DNA of 64,000 bases from Octopus sinensis (Eukaryota), in contig NC_043000.1 of NCBI RefSeq assembly GCF_006345805.1, forward strand, positions 162,130,001 to 162,194,000, in the 5' to 3' direction. A model generated the notes under the pieces. The model saw only the letters and a list, made by a program, of their open reading frames with translations, had not been told where the DNA came from and searched no databases. Made by a program: the position numbers and the translations under genes. Below, piece after piece: positions 24,006 through 37,692 of the stretch. How positions within the stretch are numbered: position 1 is the first letter of the stretch; each line of letters begins with the position of its first letter.

Positions 24006-27000
24006 ATTATTATTATTATTTTTATTAATAGCTGGAACTTTACAACTCGAAAATTTGTTTCACTAATTATACAAAAGTAAATACAGTGAAGCATTATGGT
24101 TCTCATGTATTTTAGTAAGGAATCACCCTAAATCTCCATATCTTCTTACTCTCCTGCTTTGCTGTATGTATGTACGTATGTATCTATAAATTGTAATGAG
24201 AGATTGGATAAGCCTGTGCAATTATATATTTCATTACATGTTATATAATGTGTGTGTATGTATTTTACACCGAGAGAAAGCGTCCACTTAATAGTATATT
24301 CGCGAGTCAATGTTTATGCTTGGATTCGTGCGTAAGGATTAGTGCTGTTTAATTTCAGGTAAGCTTTTGGTCAAAAGCATCCTAACCAAGACCACCCCAT
24401 CTTTTTCTATCGGTTTTGGGTAATATGACCCAGGTTACAAAATCTATTTTTATATATAGATATATATATATGGCAGGGTGTGATCTGAAAGGCGTACAGT
24501 TGTAGTTGCCAGTAGGTGGAGTGAACGTGCAGTTGTCACCTTGTTGGTTCTCATGCATGTGATACATACATCTACTGGTTTCTGTCATCGCTATTACACT
24601 CCTATATGCATCCTTCTTAGAACTAATAAAGCCACATAGTCATTACAAGTACTACGTCACAACATGTCTTTAGCCATGGCTGCACCTACCACTGTACATC
24701 TACCGTTTAATCCTTGTTTCGTGTGAACACAGGACTAGCAAGCGCTGAAAGCCAATGCTTGAAACCATTTCACTTTACTAGCATTATTAACAGCACTGAA
24801 AGTCATGAGATGCCCAATATTTACATTTCTATTTCTGCCTAAGCCTTGTCTATCAGAGAGATACTAACTCAGTAAAGACTTGAAACAGTGGGTCAATTTC
24901 CACTTAATTTGACATTTTACTAGATTTGTCAGCTAACACTCACTCACTCCTCGCACTCTTACCACCTTACTACGAGAAATGTAAAGTACACAAGGAATTT
25001 CCAATATGTTATTCAGAAATTAGGTTTTGTAAAAGAACAGATACAGACTTACGACACTTCAGCCAGCATGACCAATATTTTATCCACTCAAGAATCGCAA
25101 ATTTCCATTGATTTCATTTAATAAATGTCAAAATTCGAACTTACCTACAATGAAAAGAAAAAAAAAGAGTAATTAGTTAACAAAAAAAAAAAAAACCATA
25201 CATTTCTTTTCAAAGCAAAAGTATTATATCGATGAGAAAAAAAAGGTGCGGGGTTCAAAACAAAAACATTCGGATCATAGTTATGAAAGGTGGGGAATAC
25301 AGCGTATTAAAGGCAGTTGTTAAACCCTTAAAACCTACAGTAGTTGGTCAATATCTGTCCAAGCAGATTTATAACGAAAAATCATTCCCTTCATTCAAGA
25401 AGTCGTTCAATTCATATAATTAAAAGCCATTGCATTAGTCAGAGGAGAAAGAGCTATGATTTTCTCTTTAAAAAATTTTATGTAAGAAATAGAGGGTAAA
25501 AGGCTTTGCCAATAGTGATTCGATCGAAAAAGTGATACCGGCACTTAAGTTATCCCCGCTAGACTTCCATTAATAACCGATTTCAGTAAAAGATAAATCA
25601 AAACCGATTCGGGTGGGAGTAATGAGCTAAATGTAGTAAATAATCTAATTAAGTTTGAAACTGATTATTGAGAATTCTCATACAAAAGCATAAAGATCAA
25701 AAATAGAATCGTGCGAAAGTTGTGTTTCTTTCTTCACGTGTGGAACACTTACATTATATCACTAATACATAACTTGTATTTAAGTTAAATCTGAAAGGAT
25801 GAAAGACTAAGTCGACAATCAACATCAGACCACCATTCGAAACAATATCTAAATTGGCTGCCTCTATACTGAGTTCATAGATCTTAACTTGTTACAGTAC
25901 AAATATTACAGATATTGTTGTACATAATTAGTTTCAGATCATCAGGCCTGATTGAGCAAACTCATGAAGTGTTCTAGCTGTCATCACCCTGCCTTTTATT
26001 CCAATGTTCATCTAGGATCTCTTTATGTAATTAATGCTTCTTCCTGGTTTAAGACAATAGTATACGATTTAAGAAAGGTGGCATTTGTTAAAATACTGAT
26101 AATAATATTAGATAAATTATATTTGAAATATATATATATATACAATAAAATACGTAAAATAAAATAAATGTAATAAGGACGAAATCTGAAAATACTAAAA
26201 AGAACAGAGTAAATATTTCTTTTGGAATTATAGGAAGGAACATTTTAAAAACACTACTGACGTCCTAATTTTTGTTTAAGTAAACATTTCCATCACGATT
26301 TCGATACACCGGAAGCAATTTTTACAAAGATCTTTAAATGTGATATATATATATATATATTTATTTAAATTTGTGGTGTTGTAATATTCAATCTTTACGC
26401 AAAGAGAGAGGAGCTCACAAGAGAAGAAATGGAACGAAAAATTCTTTCACACATACATTATGTCTTAATCTTTTCTGAGCCAAATTCAATCATACAATAT
26501 ATAAGTCTACTTATATCTTGTCTAGACATAAGCTCTTACATCTCTTTTAGGGTGGGAGTGGAATGAGAACTGACTCGCAGTGATATTCATGCTTTTCCCG
26601 CAATATAGATGGGCTAATTGCAGAAACAACATATCTTGCAGTTCATGTATAAGTTGATCAGTTATTGTTGTTTTTTTTATAACATCCGATCAATCGCGAA
26701 TGTTTCAGCCAAGTCCGTCAAATACTGCATTATACAATGTGATTTGAAAGAAATTTAGTTACTATCTAAGGCAGATCAAGCGCCTGAATAGTTCTAATGT
26801 GCGGTAGATAAATGCGTAGGTCTCTGTAGATTGGTTTTAGATACGTTAGCAGAACAAATCGATAAGGTGCATTCAACCAAATACAGACCAGTAGTTCTTA
26901 ATCTATCATCGTATTCTGTACCTGGTCAAGGCATTTAATTTTCCAATGATTAAATCCAATCAAATATAAGCACCAGTTTTGAATTTAAATACATACAATG

Positions 27001-30000
27001 AGTGCAGTTTCCGTACCCTACGAAAGGTGACTTGCTCTAAATGGGCACAGAGTTTTAGTAACCTCTGTTAGCCAATGGAGTAATGGATCTCCTCCCCACC
27101 TCTACAGATCTTGTAGAATTTCTTCAAATCACATCTTATAGTCATCAAAAAGATGGAGTGGTCTCAGCTGAAAGGTTTACCTGGACATAGATCGGTTTGA
27201 AAATGGATGTATTGGAGCGAAAGAACAGCAAGAAGAACGTGATACAAAAATCTTCATATATTCTCTAGCGTAATTGTAGTAAGATTAAACTGAACAGCTA
27301 CTGCTGTGATCCAGCGATAAGTACTTGATGAACCAGTTCATGAACTGATTTCGATTCCCACTGGAGTCCACTCACCTTCACTTACGTCTCGATTATATTT
27401 GGTAAACAAGCCTGAACACAACAGTTGCTCATTTAGTCCGCCATGTAAATCTCAAGCGTTGTGCATATGTATTATTATCATCATTATTATTATTTAATTC
27501 TCAGATAAACGCCTTAGTGCAATCGTATTTTTCCGTTAAGCCAGTCTGATCTAATTTCAACTCCCTGTGGTGCGTGCGTGTGTGTCAAAAAAGTTAAACA
27601 ATTAACGAGTCCCATGTCATCAGTAATGCATTGCTAAGCGTTTCAACTGAAGGAAAGAAAACCAATAAAAACAACACGCATCGACAGAAATAGGCTGAAC
27701 CAAGCGAGCTTTAAGATATAAAGCCGAACAATTTATTTTTAGAAAACTTTCTTTAAGTGATTAGTTTGTAGAGTCGGGAGAAAGCAGCACGAGAACCCTG
27801 TATGTCAATAGCTCTCTTGGAATTGCTTATAAATTAAATATAATTAGAGCTTTCATTTTCTCCCTGAAAAAGCTGGGCCTTTTTTCTGGTCAGTGAAATG
27901 AAGAATTAAGTGAATGCCTGGCTTTCTTTATGTTGCATATTTAAAACCAAGTACCATAATACACGAGCTGAAATAAGTGTGTGAATCCCAGAGGGGAATA
28001 TGCCGAATAAAATCATAATAATCAAAGTCAGGAACTTTTCTGCACACCCTCGTATGCCTGAGTTTCAGTGTTACAATTATTATTATTATTATTGAAGCAT
28101 ATGCAAATGTAGTTTAAGCTGAAATCAGCTCTGATCAAACGACACTTCAACGTGAACATTCTGTTTTTGTGTATCAAGAACTGCATTGTTCAATGTTTTC
28201 ATCTGTTATGAAGACTGTATAGAGAGGTATGAAGGAGAGTTAGCAGCTGCCCGTTAGCCTAACAAGTGATCATGCTGATCACCGACACAAAATATATGTT
28301 TTTGTAACCATGAGAATTCGTAACTTAACTTCGGGTAGTGTATTGGCAACCTGACTGAGATTATCTCTCCCAACTGCATTCTGTTTTAAAATAAATCTAA
28401 TACTGAAATTGTGTCTGAGACTTTTTTTTTCTTAAAACATTCAGTTATATAATTTTTTTAAACTACTTATTCTAATCAGCCAAAATTTTTTGGCTCATTA
28501 CACTAAGTACCATATTTACTAATAGTCTGCAACCATAATTTATTGAAGGACAGATACTTGTTACCACTAGGTGAACTGGAACATGCAATAATAAATGTAC
28601 CGTGAAAACCATTACGAAATATCAACGGTGGATGTGAATTCAAGCGGTAAAATTTCAAGATGGAATACCTTATCTACAATACTAATTTACCTTGCACGAG
28701 TCAATGGAATAAATTTCAAAAAGGTCATTTGGTTTGCTAGAAATAGCAGCCTCTATTAACTCAGAGTTTACTGTCTTAAATAAGATGCAAGTATGTTCGT
28801 ATGTAAAAATACGAGATGTCTATGACTGGAATGCCTTTGACAATAGGTCTAATTGATTAGGGCTTTCTCAGGCCAAAGATCAACACAAGAATGTATATTA
28901 TATTTATGTTTGTTTGGAAGTTACCTATCATTCAAGAACTGAGCAATAGACAAAACTCTTCTTTAGAGACCAGAAAAGTCTGAAGTCGTCAAGGGAAGGA
29001 ACTGAGAAGAGCAAATTAGAAAGGTAAAACTAGAAAAACACAAGTAAAAGAATAGGGAAAAATAAATCGAAATGTATGATTTGAACATCCATCAATTTTG
29101 ACAGATCCGATTTATTAGTCATTGTTGGGATTTGAACTTGTTTAAAGACGGCGTGACACTTCTCTTTCTGACAAAAGCCTTTGTTGATCATTTCAGAGCT
29201 TCAGTCTCCCTACGAGATACAAATTTATACAAGTTTGCAAACTATACTTAAACGTTAGTTTCTTCGGACCTGAGTTTTTATTTCCAACGTATTGAATCTC
29301 AGAATAGAACAGAGCAACTTAGTGTCCCGAGATAGTTATCCTTGTTGGTTGTTGCTAATCTAACTCATTTTCGTTATTGTATGCAAAACAATAAATGTTC
29401 AAAAAGTGTTAAAGAGGAAAGATATATATTGGAAAACAATTGAGAAAACCATAGATTATAACACATCAAAAGCTACAAATATTATCTGGAGTTATCTCTT
29501 GAGTTTTATGGGAATCAGATGACGCGTGAATTATCTTTGAAAATTAGAACAAACATATAGTCGTGAATTGACTTATACTAGAAGGAAACTAGAAAGAAAA
29601 ATATACCGAAGACCGAGGAAGTAAGAGGGGAATGACTATGAGACAATTTGTTCTTATATTAACAAATATTGGTATTTTATTCAATCTTACCCCCTCTTTC
29701 TCTCTTTCACACATACACACAAGAGAAAAACGAAAATGACTTCTAAAAAAAACGGAGAAAAAAATCCTTATTGATTATATTTTCCTGTCTTCTGAGTGAG
29801 AAAGAGAGATAGAGAGAGAAAAAAAACGAGATTAATTAAGAGAATCAATCAATAATAAGGGTTTATAAAAAATTGCAGAGAATCTATAAGCTCAGACATC
29901 TTAATGGACTCTAAATTCTATAGAGCGAGTCGAATGTCTATAGCAAAGTGCTACGTCAATGGAAGCCAATGTCACCGTATAAAGGTTAACGAATGATATT

Positions 30001-32274
30001 TTGGCAAACCATTAGTTGCCTCCTAACGATCTGTTAGAAATGTTTGCCAACATTATTATAAAATAAAACTTTAAACTTATGTTACCAAATAAGTGAAAGC
30101 GATTGCCAGAATGCTGATTAGCATAATTTCGAACAAGAGTTTCATTTAACTACTTAGAAAACTGAGTGTTCAAAATATTTTTCAAAAGATTTTTACATGA
30201 AGCTTAAGCATGGGAGAAAATAAAGGATACGAGCAGTTGTAGTCTTTAGGAGATAACAAAACCTTAAGCCCCCGGTTTTCTTACCAATGTGAAGCTAGTC
30301 CACTTTACCTTCACGAATTCCTGGACGAATGAGGCAGGGGGACATTCACCGTAGATAAGTGCAAAATACAAGGAATAAAATTTATGACTAGGAGAGGTTA
30401 GAGCTGCCGCGTAATTTCAATTCGTTTTCCTCATTGGAAAACTCCGCTCTATTTCCAAGTAGGCTTCCAGACAAAAATACACACAGAAAAGGTTATCAAG
30501 AACAAGTCCGATATAATTTCATTTATAGGAAACCTTGCTTTTTTTTTGTAATCTTGCAAGAGTATATGATTAGATTTTATTACATATAAATTACGTGCCG
30601 GCTCGCTAACTATGATGATTAAAAACTAATTAAAGAATAGTATGAAATTGACTGAAACGAACAAGCAATTTAAAGCTTGTTATAATTGGTCTAATCATTT
30701 TTACTATAACCAGCGCGTGTGTGTGTGTGTTTATATACGGATTTGTTTATAGAAATGGGTTGATAAGCGTGTGCAATAGGAAACGACGTTACTACATTTT
30801 AGGATTCATACCCTACGTAGACTACTGCCGTTTGCACATAAGTGTGAATTTAAGAGTATTTTTAATTAAAAGATGAAGAATTAGGCAAATATTGAAAGTA
30901 TAAATGTATGCTCAATACCAGAACTAAAAAACTAGTGTAGGATTAATTTTTCTATAAATTTCTTACACGATATAATGAATACCACTGTTGCCCAGCCTGT
31001 ATGGAATAGTGACACTATTCCTTTTGGAGATTTGTGTTATCATTTTGCTGTAGAATAGATAACACACACAAAAAACGTACTTATGCGCAATTGTCTGTAT
31101 AGAAGGTAAACATTTGTACGCAATTTAGTAGACTGAAGTTGCGAAATGAATATATTATAGCCTTTTATCGAGTCAGCAAAGCAATTTACTGTCCTATTAT
31201 CTGAGTATTTTTTCCTTTAAGTGCTGTGTTTATATTAATGCATGCTATATATAGGCGTAACAGCCGGGAACTTACGCGGCCTACGAGCGCGAACATTTTC
31301 ACACATGCGCAGGAAAGGCGGCGTCACCTCCCACTAGAGGATTGTGCCTACGCGGCATTAGCTTTGACGAGGAAAGAAAAAGTCGGGAACTTTTTGAATG
31401 CAGCTCGTAAATCACACAGACACACTTCGAAGCAAATTGTGATGCAGTGAAGGATGTGATGTGTAATTAGTTTCCTTATTTTTACGAAGTAAATGACAAA
31501 GAAAATTAATTAACAAACCGTCGAAAAGCTTATATGATTTGTATTGAAAACTAGAAAATTACCAAATAATAGAGAGAAAGAGATAGAAATAATTTCGATA
31601 CACTATACGATGCATCATTCATGAGAGACATAGTGCTGAGCGAACTACTTTCTCTGGTGAAAAACCAACACTGAAACGTTACTTTGATATAATTTACATG
31701 GGAGATATGTTAAAAAGAGGGCCTGTTGATACAAAGCGACTATTTCTAGCTAACCGTTTTTTCAATTACAGAAACTACTATTTCCAATTATGGATTTTCG
31801 CATTTTTGAAGTCATTCACCATCATCATCACGATCATTAATCATTTTGGCCAACTTTTCTGTATTAATTCAGCAGTGTAGCTAGGGAAGAGGTAATCCGC
31901 ACCACGAGACTATTATGGAGCAGCATTTTTGGGTCGGCTGTATAAGCCTGTATTGGCCCGAAGGTGCCAATGTATGAGTAACGTAACAGAACCCTGATGC
32001 ACGCCAAATAGTACAATGTGGATTTGGAAGAAGATCGACAGCAAACACAGCAACAAAGCGGTTGGACAAATCTTCCGTTTCAAGAGATAAAACCAGTCAC
32101 CGGTTGCTGGTGTCACATCAGGAACAAAGTTTCTCACAAGAAACTTCAGAAGAGCAAGCAGCCATTGATTTGGGATATACTTCTGTTAGGACAGAAGTTC
32201 GATTTTGTTCTACAGAAACAGTAGGGGGGGGGTCACCAAGAAGAGGAATAAAATGAAAGTAAGGAATAAGGAGT

Positions 32275-32522
32275 GGAGGCGCGTGGCTTAGTGGTTAGGG
32301 TGTCAACATCATGATCGTAAGATTGTGGTTTCGATTCCTGGACCCGGCGACACGTTGTGTTCTTGAGCAAAACCACTTCACGCCGCTCCAGTCCACTCAG
32401 CTGGCAAAAATGAGTAACGCTGCGATGGACTGGTGTCCCGTCCAGCTAGGGAACACATACGCCATAGAAACCGGGCCCATGAACCTGGCTAGGCTTTAAA
32501 AGGGCTCATTTATTTATTTTTT
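32275..32522 (+). mobile_element. SINE family C variant
   Basis: GGAGGCGCGTGGCTTAGTGGTTAGG head and CTGCGATGGACTGGTGTCCCGTCCAG core. TSD-like GAATAAGGAG at 32264-32273 and 32526-32535. Confidence 0.85.
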
Positions 32523-33404
32523 AAAGAATAAGGAGGCTGCTTACAACTGTAACATTTTAAAGAGTGGGGGCGAAAGGTACATAGTGAGATTAAATATTTA
32601 AATTGAAAAACATATCCTACTCAAGAGCCTTATCAAAAATTTACTGAGGAGAGGGAAACAATATAATATTTACACACTGGTATTGCTAGTGGGAAATATA
32701 AGGAAAAGGAATTGACTTCGACTAAGAACCGAAAGCAGAGTAGGCTTTGAAATGTCATACTCTTTGCTGTGTAGCAGCCTTTCTTTTCGTTCTAAGCAAA
32801 AACATTACAGTCTCAACTCAAATGTCACTACAGTATTAAGTTATATCTGTAAGTTGTATGTTTCAAGTATAAATCCCACCGGAGTTGACTTTACCTTTCA
32901 TCTGGGAGGAAGAGGGCGGTCTTTAAAATTAATAGCAGACATGTGCCTGGTTAAGTAACTAACAGGCTGATTCAATGAACTGTACTATGCGAAGTTTTTG
33001 CTTCTGTACCATCTGTAAGTAATCAATAATTATTGTTGACTTCAGGATAAAAAGCAGTGGAGCGAAAGAATAGGTTGTGAGGACATATAAGATTTCTTAC
33101 TGTAGTTAGTTACTTTCTCTTACACTCTAAGTTCAAATCCCTCCAGAATTAATAAAATAGGCAACAGTCAGGTACTGGACAATAGGATCAACTAAAAACT
33201 CTGCCCAGCCAATGAGATCTATATATTTTAGAAACCATTATTCTTCTTGGGCAGAATCGATTGCTCTTCTCGATATTACCAAAAATCGTTTACTTTTCAT
33301 TTCTTCACTTAAGAAAAAAAAAAAGAATTGCTTCTCTCTTTTCACAAATAACCTATCAACATTGAAAATTATGATTGCTCTGGTAGGGTTGACCTATGTG
33401 TGTG

Positions 33405-33453
<49 letters not shown>

Positions 33454-34284
33454 TACCAAAAGCGTACCAGCAATTACTATATAGTCGTTTTTGTATATCT
33501 GATCTGAGAATATAGTAAAATATATTGTTGAATCAGTTCTTTAATTTTAAAAAAATGTTAGGGTGTGATTTATCCATATTTTCTCTAACTTTTTCTTTTC
33601 AGATTTTATAAAAGATATATAATTGCTTATGTGTAAGAGGTAACATATACCTAACTCAGTTTGCCATGTATCGCTAGCTTTATACAGACGCTCAAATTGA
33701 TTGAAAGGGGAACAGGTCGTTGACTCCATTGTTAACACGCACTGATATCGGCCAAATCAGCAGAGATTTGTGCAGAAATTTGATTCAATTTCAAATCTCG
33801 TCGAGCATATGTTTCCATCGTTGATAGCAACTACTTCAGCGGCACAACGTTAGCAAAAGTTGCACTGCTGAAGATGGGAACAAACAATGAAAAATGACAG
33901 CAGTGTATTAAGACGTCTTATATATACTGAGAGATGAAAATACAAAAAACAATCTTGACAGGATTTGAAGATAGATTTAAATTTAAGTTCAAAGCCTCTA
34001 CGTAACGAGCGTAGATATTGCGGAGTATTCCATCTGTCAATAACAATTCTACTGAGAAACGACGCAAAAAAAGTAGAAATAATATTCTCCTGCATCATGT
34101 CTTCATTGAAAGCTATTGTCCAAAAAATATCCTATTCCCTTCATTCATTCAATTACTGTTTTCAATCAATAGATTGCAGACATCATAGAGCGATCAACTC
34201 TATTGCTTGTTTTACTCTGATGTTTTTTATCTATCTCTATTTGCCGCTGTCTTACACGACAAAATACAAACACACAAGGAACAC

Positions 34285-34637
34285 ACTTGTTTCAGTCATT
34301 TGTCAGCGGCCATGCTGGACACCACCTTGAAGAGTTTCAGTGGAATGAGTAGACCACTGTACATATTCTAGGTTCAGTCTCACTGAGTGACACCTTGTGC
34401 AAGTGCCGAACCACTAAGAGCTGCAAACAAACCATCACAGGTTGTCAAGCAGTGGTGGGACAAACATGCAGATACATATATATACACGATGGGCTTCTTT
34501 CAGTTTCCATCTACTAGATCATTCACAAGGTTTTGGTTAGCCTGGAGCTATAGTAGATTTGCCCAAGGTGCAACGCAGTGGGACTGAACTCGGAACTATG
34601 TGGTTGAGAAGCGACCTTCGTACCACAGAGCCACACC
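34285..34637 (-). mobile_element. SINE family B, older copy
   Basis: Collinear with 22667-23061 but diverged. Confidence 0.85.
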
Positions 34638-35414
34638 GGACGATTTTCATCACCATTACTAGAAAAATCTCGGCATAGGTGCTGCCTAGTACGAATTGAA
34701 CATGAACCTACGATACTGCAGAGCGAAAGTCTGAACAGTCACGAGATTGCTCTCCCAACCTTTACTTCTTCGCATTAAATTCAAAAATATAAGATAAATA
34801 AATAACTAAATGAATAAATAAATAATTAATCTTCAATTGTAAATAACCCTGAACTAGAAACCTGATTTAAAACCCGATTAAATCCAAAGATTAACAACTA
34901 GAGAAAAAATTAATTAAAACTCAAAAATATTCCATAAATATCAAATGATTCTGCCCTCATTTTGAATATGTACGCACATACACATGCACACTCAGGCGCA
35001 CAAGTTCTTACCGCCTGCAGAGATGAGTTCGAGTGAAGGAAACCCAATACTCGACCAGAATTCAAATAGTCTGAGATTTGATAATATATTATGTAGCGAT
35101 AATTTATTCAAATTTATTTTTGTACATAGCCCCTCCCCCCCTTACATGTGTTTTAATTTCATTTATTGAGTTAGATAAGTACCAAGTAAAGTAGCTGCAT
35201 GCTTAATTAAATTTCTCTGTATTTTGCTTATAGTATTTCTTCTATTTCATTTACTTGGATTTCTGTCGAGAATTATTTTGCCACATGATGCTTAGTAAAC
35301 AAATTATTTTTCAGAGTAGAGAAACACACACACACACGTACGTGGAGCTCTATGTGCATCTATATTCTCTCTCCCACCCGTGCGCACAGATGCACACGTA
35401 GTATACGTTTGCGT

Positions 35415-35474
<60 letters not shown>

Positions 35475-35754
35475 GTAGATATGTCAAAGTCACCAAACAA
35501 GGATAGACGACAGAAAGTTTTAATCGACATCAAACACTAAACGTCCGTCCCTAATATAAGGAGAGACAAATGTTGCGCAGAGACAAAGTCAATAACTGTC
35601 GAAATCATGGGCCCGCCAGGGGAACATCTGTTCTCTGGACACGCATCTCGACACGCAAATGTCGACTTGATTGACACACGGATAGATGTCAAAATATAGA
35701 CAACAGCTATTGGAAATCGACAAGACGGCAGCTGACGAACTATATTTATATCTT

Positions 35755-36068
35755 GTTTGTTGCAATCATTAGACTGCGGCCATGCTGAGGCACGGCTTCG
35801 AAGAACTTTTAGTCGAATGTATCGGCCTCAGTACTTAATTTTTTTTTAAAGCCTGCTACTTATCCTATCGGTCTCTTTTGTCGCTGCTAAATGAGACATA
35901 AAAACGGACACAAAAACAACCTTACCACATACGCGCGCGTGTGTGTGTGTGTGTGTGTTTTGGCGTGTGAACAAAACGGACTTCTTTCAGCTTCCATCAT
36001 CCAAATCCACTCACAAGGCTTTGATCAGCCCGAGATTATAGAAGTAGGCAGTAGCCCAAGGTGCCACT
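35755..36068 (-). mobile_element. SINE family B, 5'-truncated
   Basis: GACTGCGGCCATGCT ... CCAAATCCACTCACAAGGCTTTG ... CCCAAGGTGCCAC. Confidence 0.8.
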
Positions 36069-36139
36069 CCTCGAACATGTATTTATCCAGTTCTCTCTGT
36101 GTTTTCAGAGATAAAGCAGGGTGCCGGCGTGATCGCCTT

Positions 36140-36221
36140 AACCAGGTAATCACACCTGCACCCATGCCCTATTTGTCTCTGCAGACAAATAGGTTATGGA
36201 TCCAGGTGTGATTGTCTGATT
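36140..36221. ncRNA. Candidate pre-miRNA-like hairpin
   Basis: Perfect 11-bp helices AATCACACCTG/CAGGTGTGATT and CCTATTTGTCT/AGACAAATAGG joined by a symmetric, partly paired segment. Stem ~39 bp, loop 4 nt. No known mature miRNA recognised. Confidence 0.3.
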
Positions 36222-36963
36222 CAAATGTTCACTTCTCAACAACGCGGTTGCTAGTTGGATCCTATTTCACAGAAAGCTGGGTAGCTTGTACCTCAGAAGT
36301 TGATCGAGCTAACGAAGGGAAATAGGTATGGACGGTCAACCTGTTAGAAATAGACAGAATTTTACTACGATGTGCAAGCTTCATCGTACCGTAATGAACC
36401 CTGTTCCCTATGAGAAACACTGGACTAGACAACATGGAGATACTCAGGCAACGTTTAGAAAGTTACTCTTGAAAAGCAGCATTAACGTTATCAATCATAA
36501 ATTATTGCTTCAGCAGAAAATTGAGATTTTCTGATTATATAAAACAATTTAACCCCCCAAAAATATATATTTGAAGTTAGTTTGCTTGAATCTAGCTTCT
36601 GCTCTTAGCAAAAACTTCGCAATTACGTATAAGGGAAAAACATCTTTTTCAAAACCACTTATTTCCAACATAAAAAGTTTTTAAAGAAAATGAAAGTGTT
36701 GATCTGATCCGGTTCAAGAGTGGAGAGACGAAGAAAAGCAGTTGAGGGGGTGTGGACAGAAGCAATTAAAATAGGTCAGGGGTGGGTATCAATTATGAAG
36801 ACTCCGCACCCAATATAAAGAAGGGTGTATCATATTCCTAATATACAGACTATCAGCTATCAACCTTACCCTTCCCCATCACACTACCACAAAAATTATT
36901 ATAACCAGTCATTCCTTCATAAAATGCGAATTATATTGTTACGTGCGCGCGCACGTGTATATA

Positions 36964-37005
<42 letters not shown>

Positions 37006-37007
37006 AC

Positions 37008-37165
37008 ACAAGCTTCGTTCAGTTTTCGTCAAATAACTTCACTGACAAAGCTTTGGTCGGTTCGAGGCTATAGTAGAAGACACTTGCACAAGGTGCCACA
37101 CAGTGGGACTGAACCTAGAACGATGCTGTTAGAAGGCAAACTTCTTACCACACAGCCACAACTGT
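37008..37165 (-). mobile_element. SINE family B, 5' half
   Basis: AGGCTATAGTAGAAGACACTTGC...GTGGGACTGAACC...CTTACCACACAGCCAC. Confidence 0.8.
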
Positions 37166-37424
37166 CTGCGTTGAAAATAACTGGGGAAAAGTAATATAGA
37201 TAACTTGCAAACACTCAAGTCCAACCTTTTAATCCCACCTCGGCACACAAATACAACTCCCACCATCATCACACACTGTAGCATATATTACCACAATGTT
37301 TATAAAACAAAAGTGTAAAATTACTTCGAAATCTATTCTTAACTTTAAATATTATCATACCCATCTATTCAATCGGATATACATTCATAAACAGACACAA
37401 TATATCTATCATTCCATCCACACA

Positions 37425-37692
37425 ATATTTATCTATCCATCCACCCGACCACATCTATATCTATATATCTATCCATCCACCCGTCCATCCACATCTATGT
37501 ATCTATAAATCTGTCCATCCATTCGTCCACGTCTATCAATCTAAGCATCCATCCACATCTATCCATCCATCCATCCTATATCTATCTATCTATCCATCCA
37601 TCCATACTATATCTATCTATCCATCCATTCATATTCATCCATCCATCTACACACACTATATCTATCCATCCATCCATTCTTCCATCCACACC
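37425..37692. repeat. Degenerate (TCCA)n/(TCTA)n microsatellite
   Basis: Interleaved ATCC and ATCT tetramers. Confidence 0.85.
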
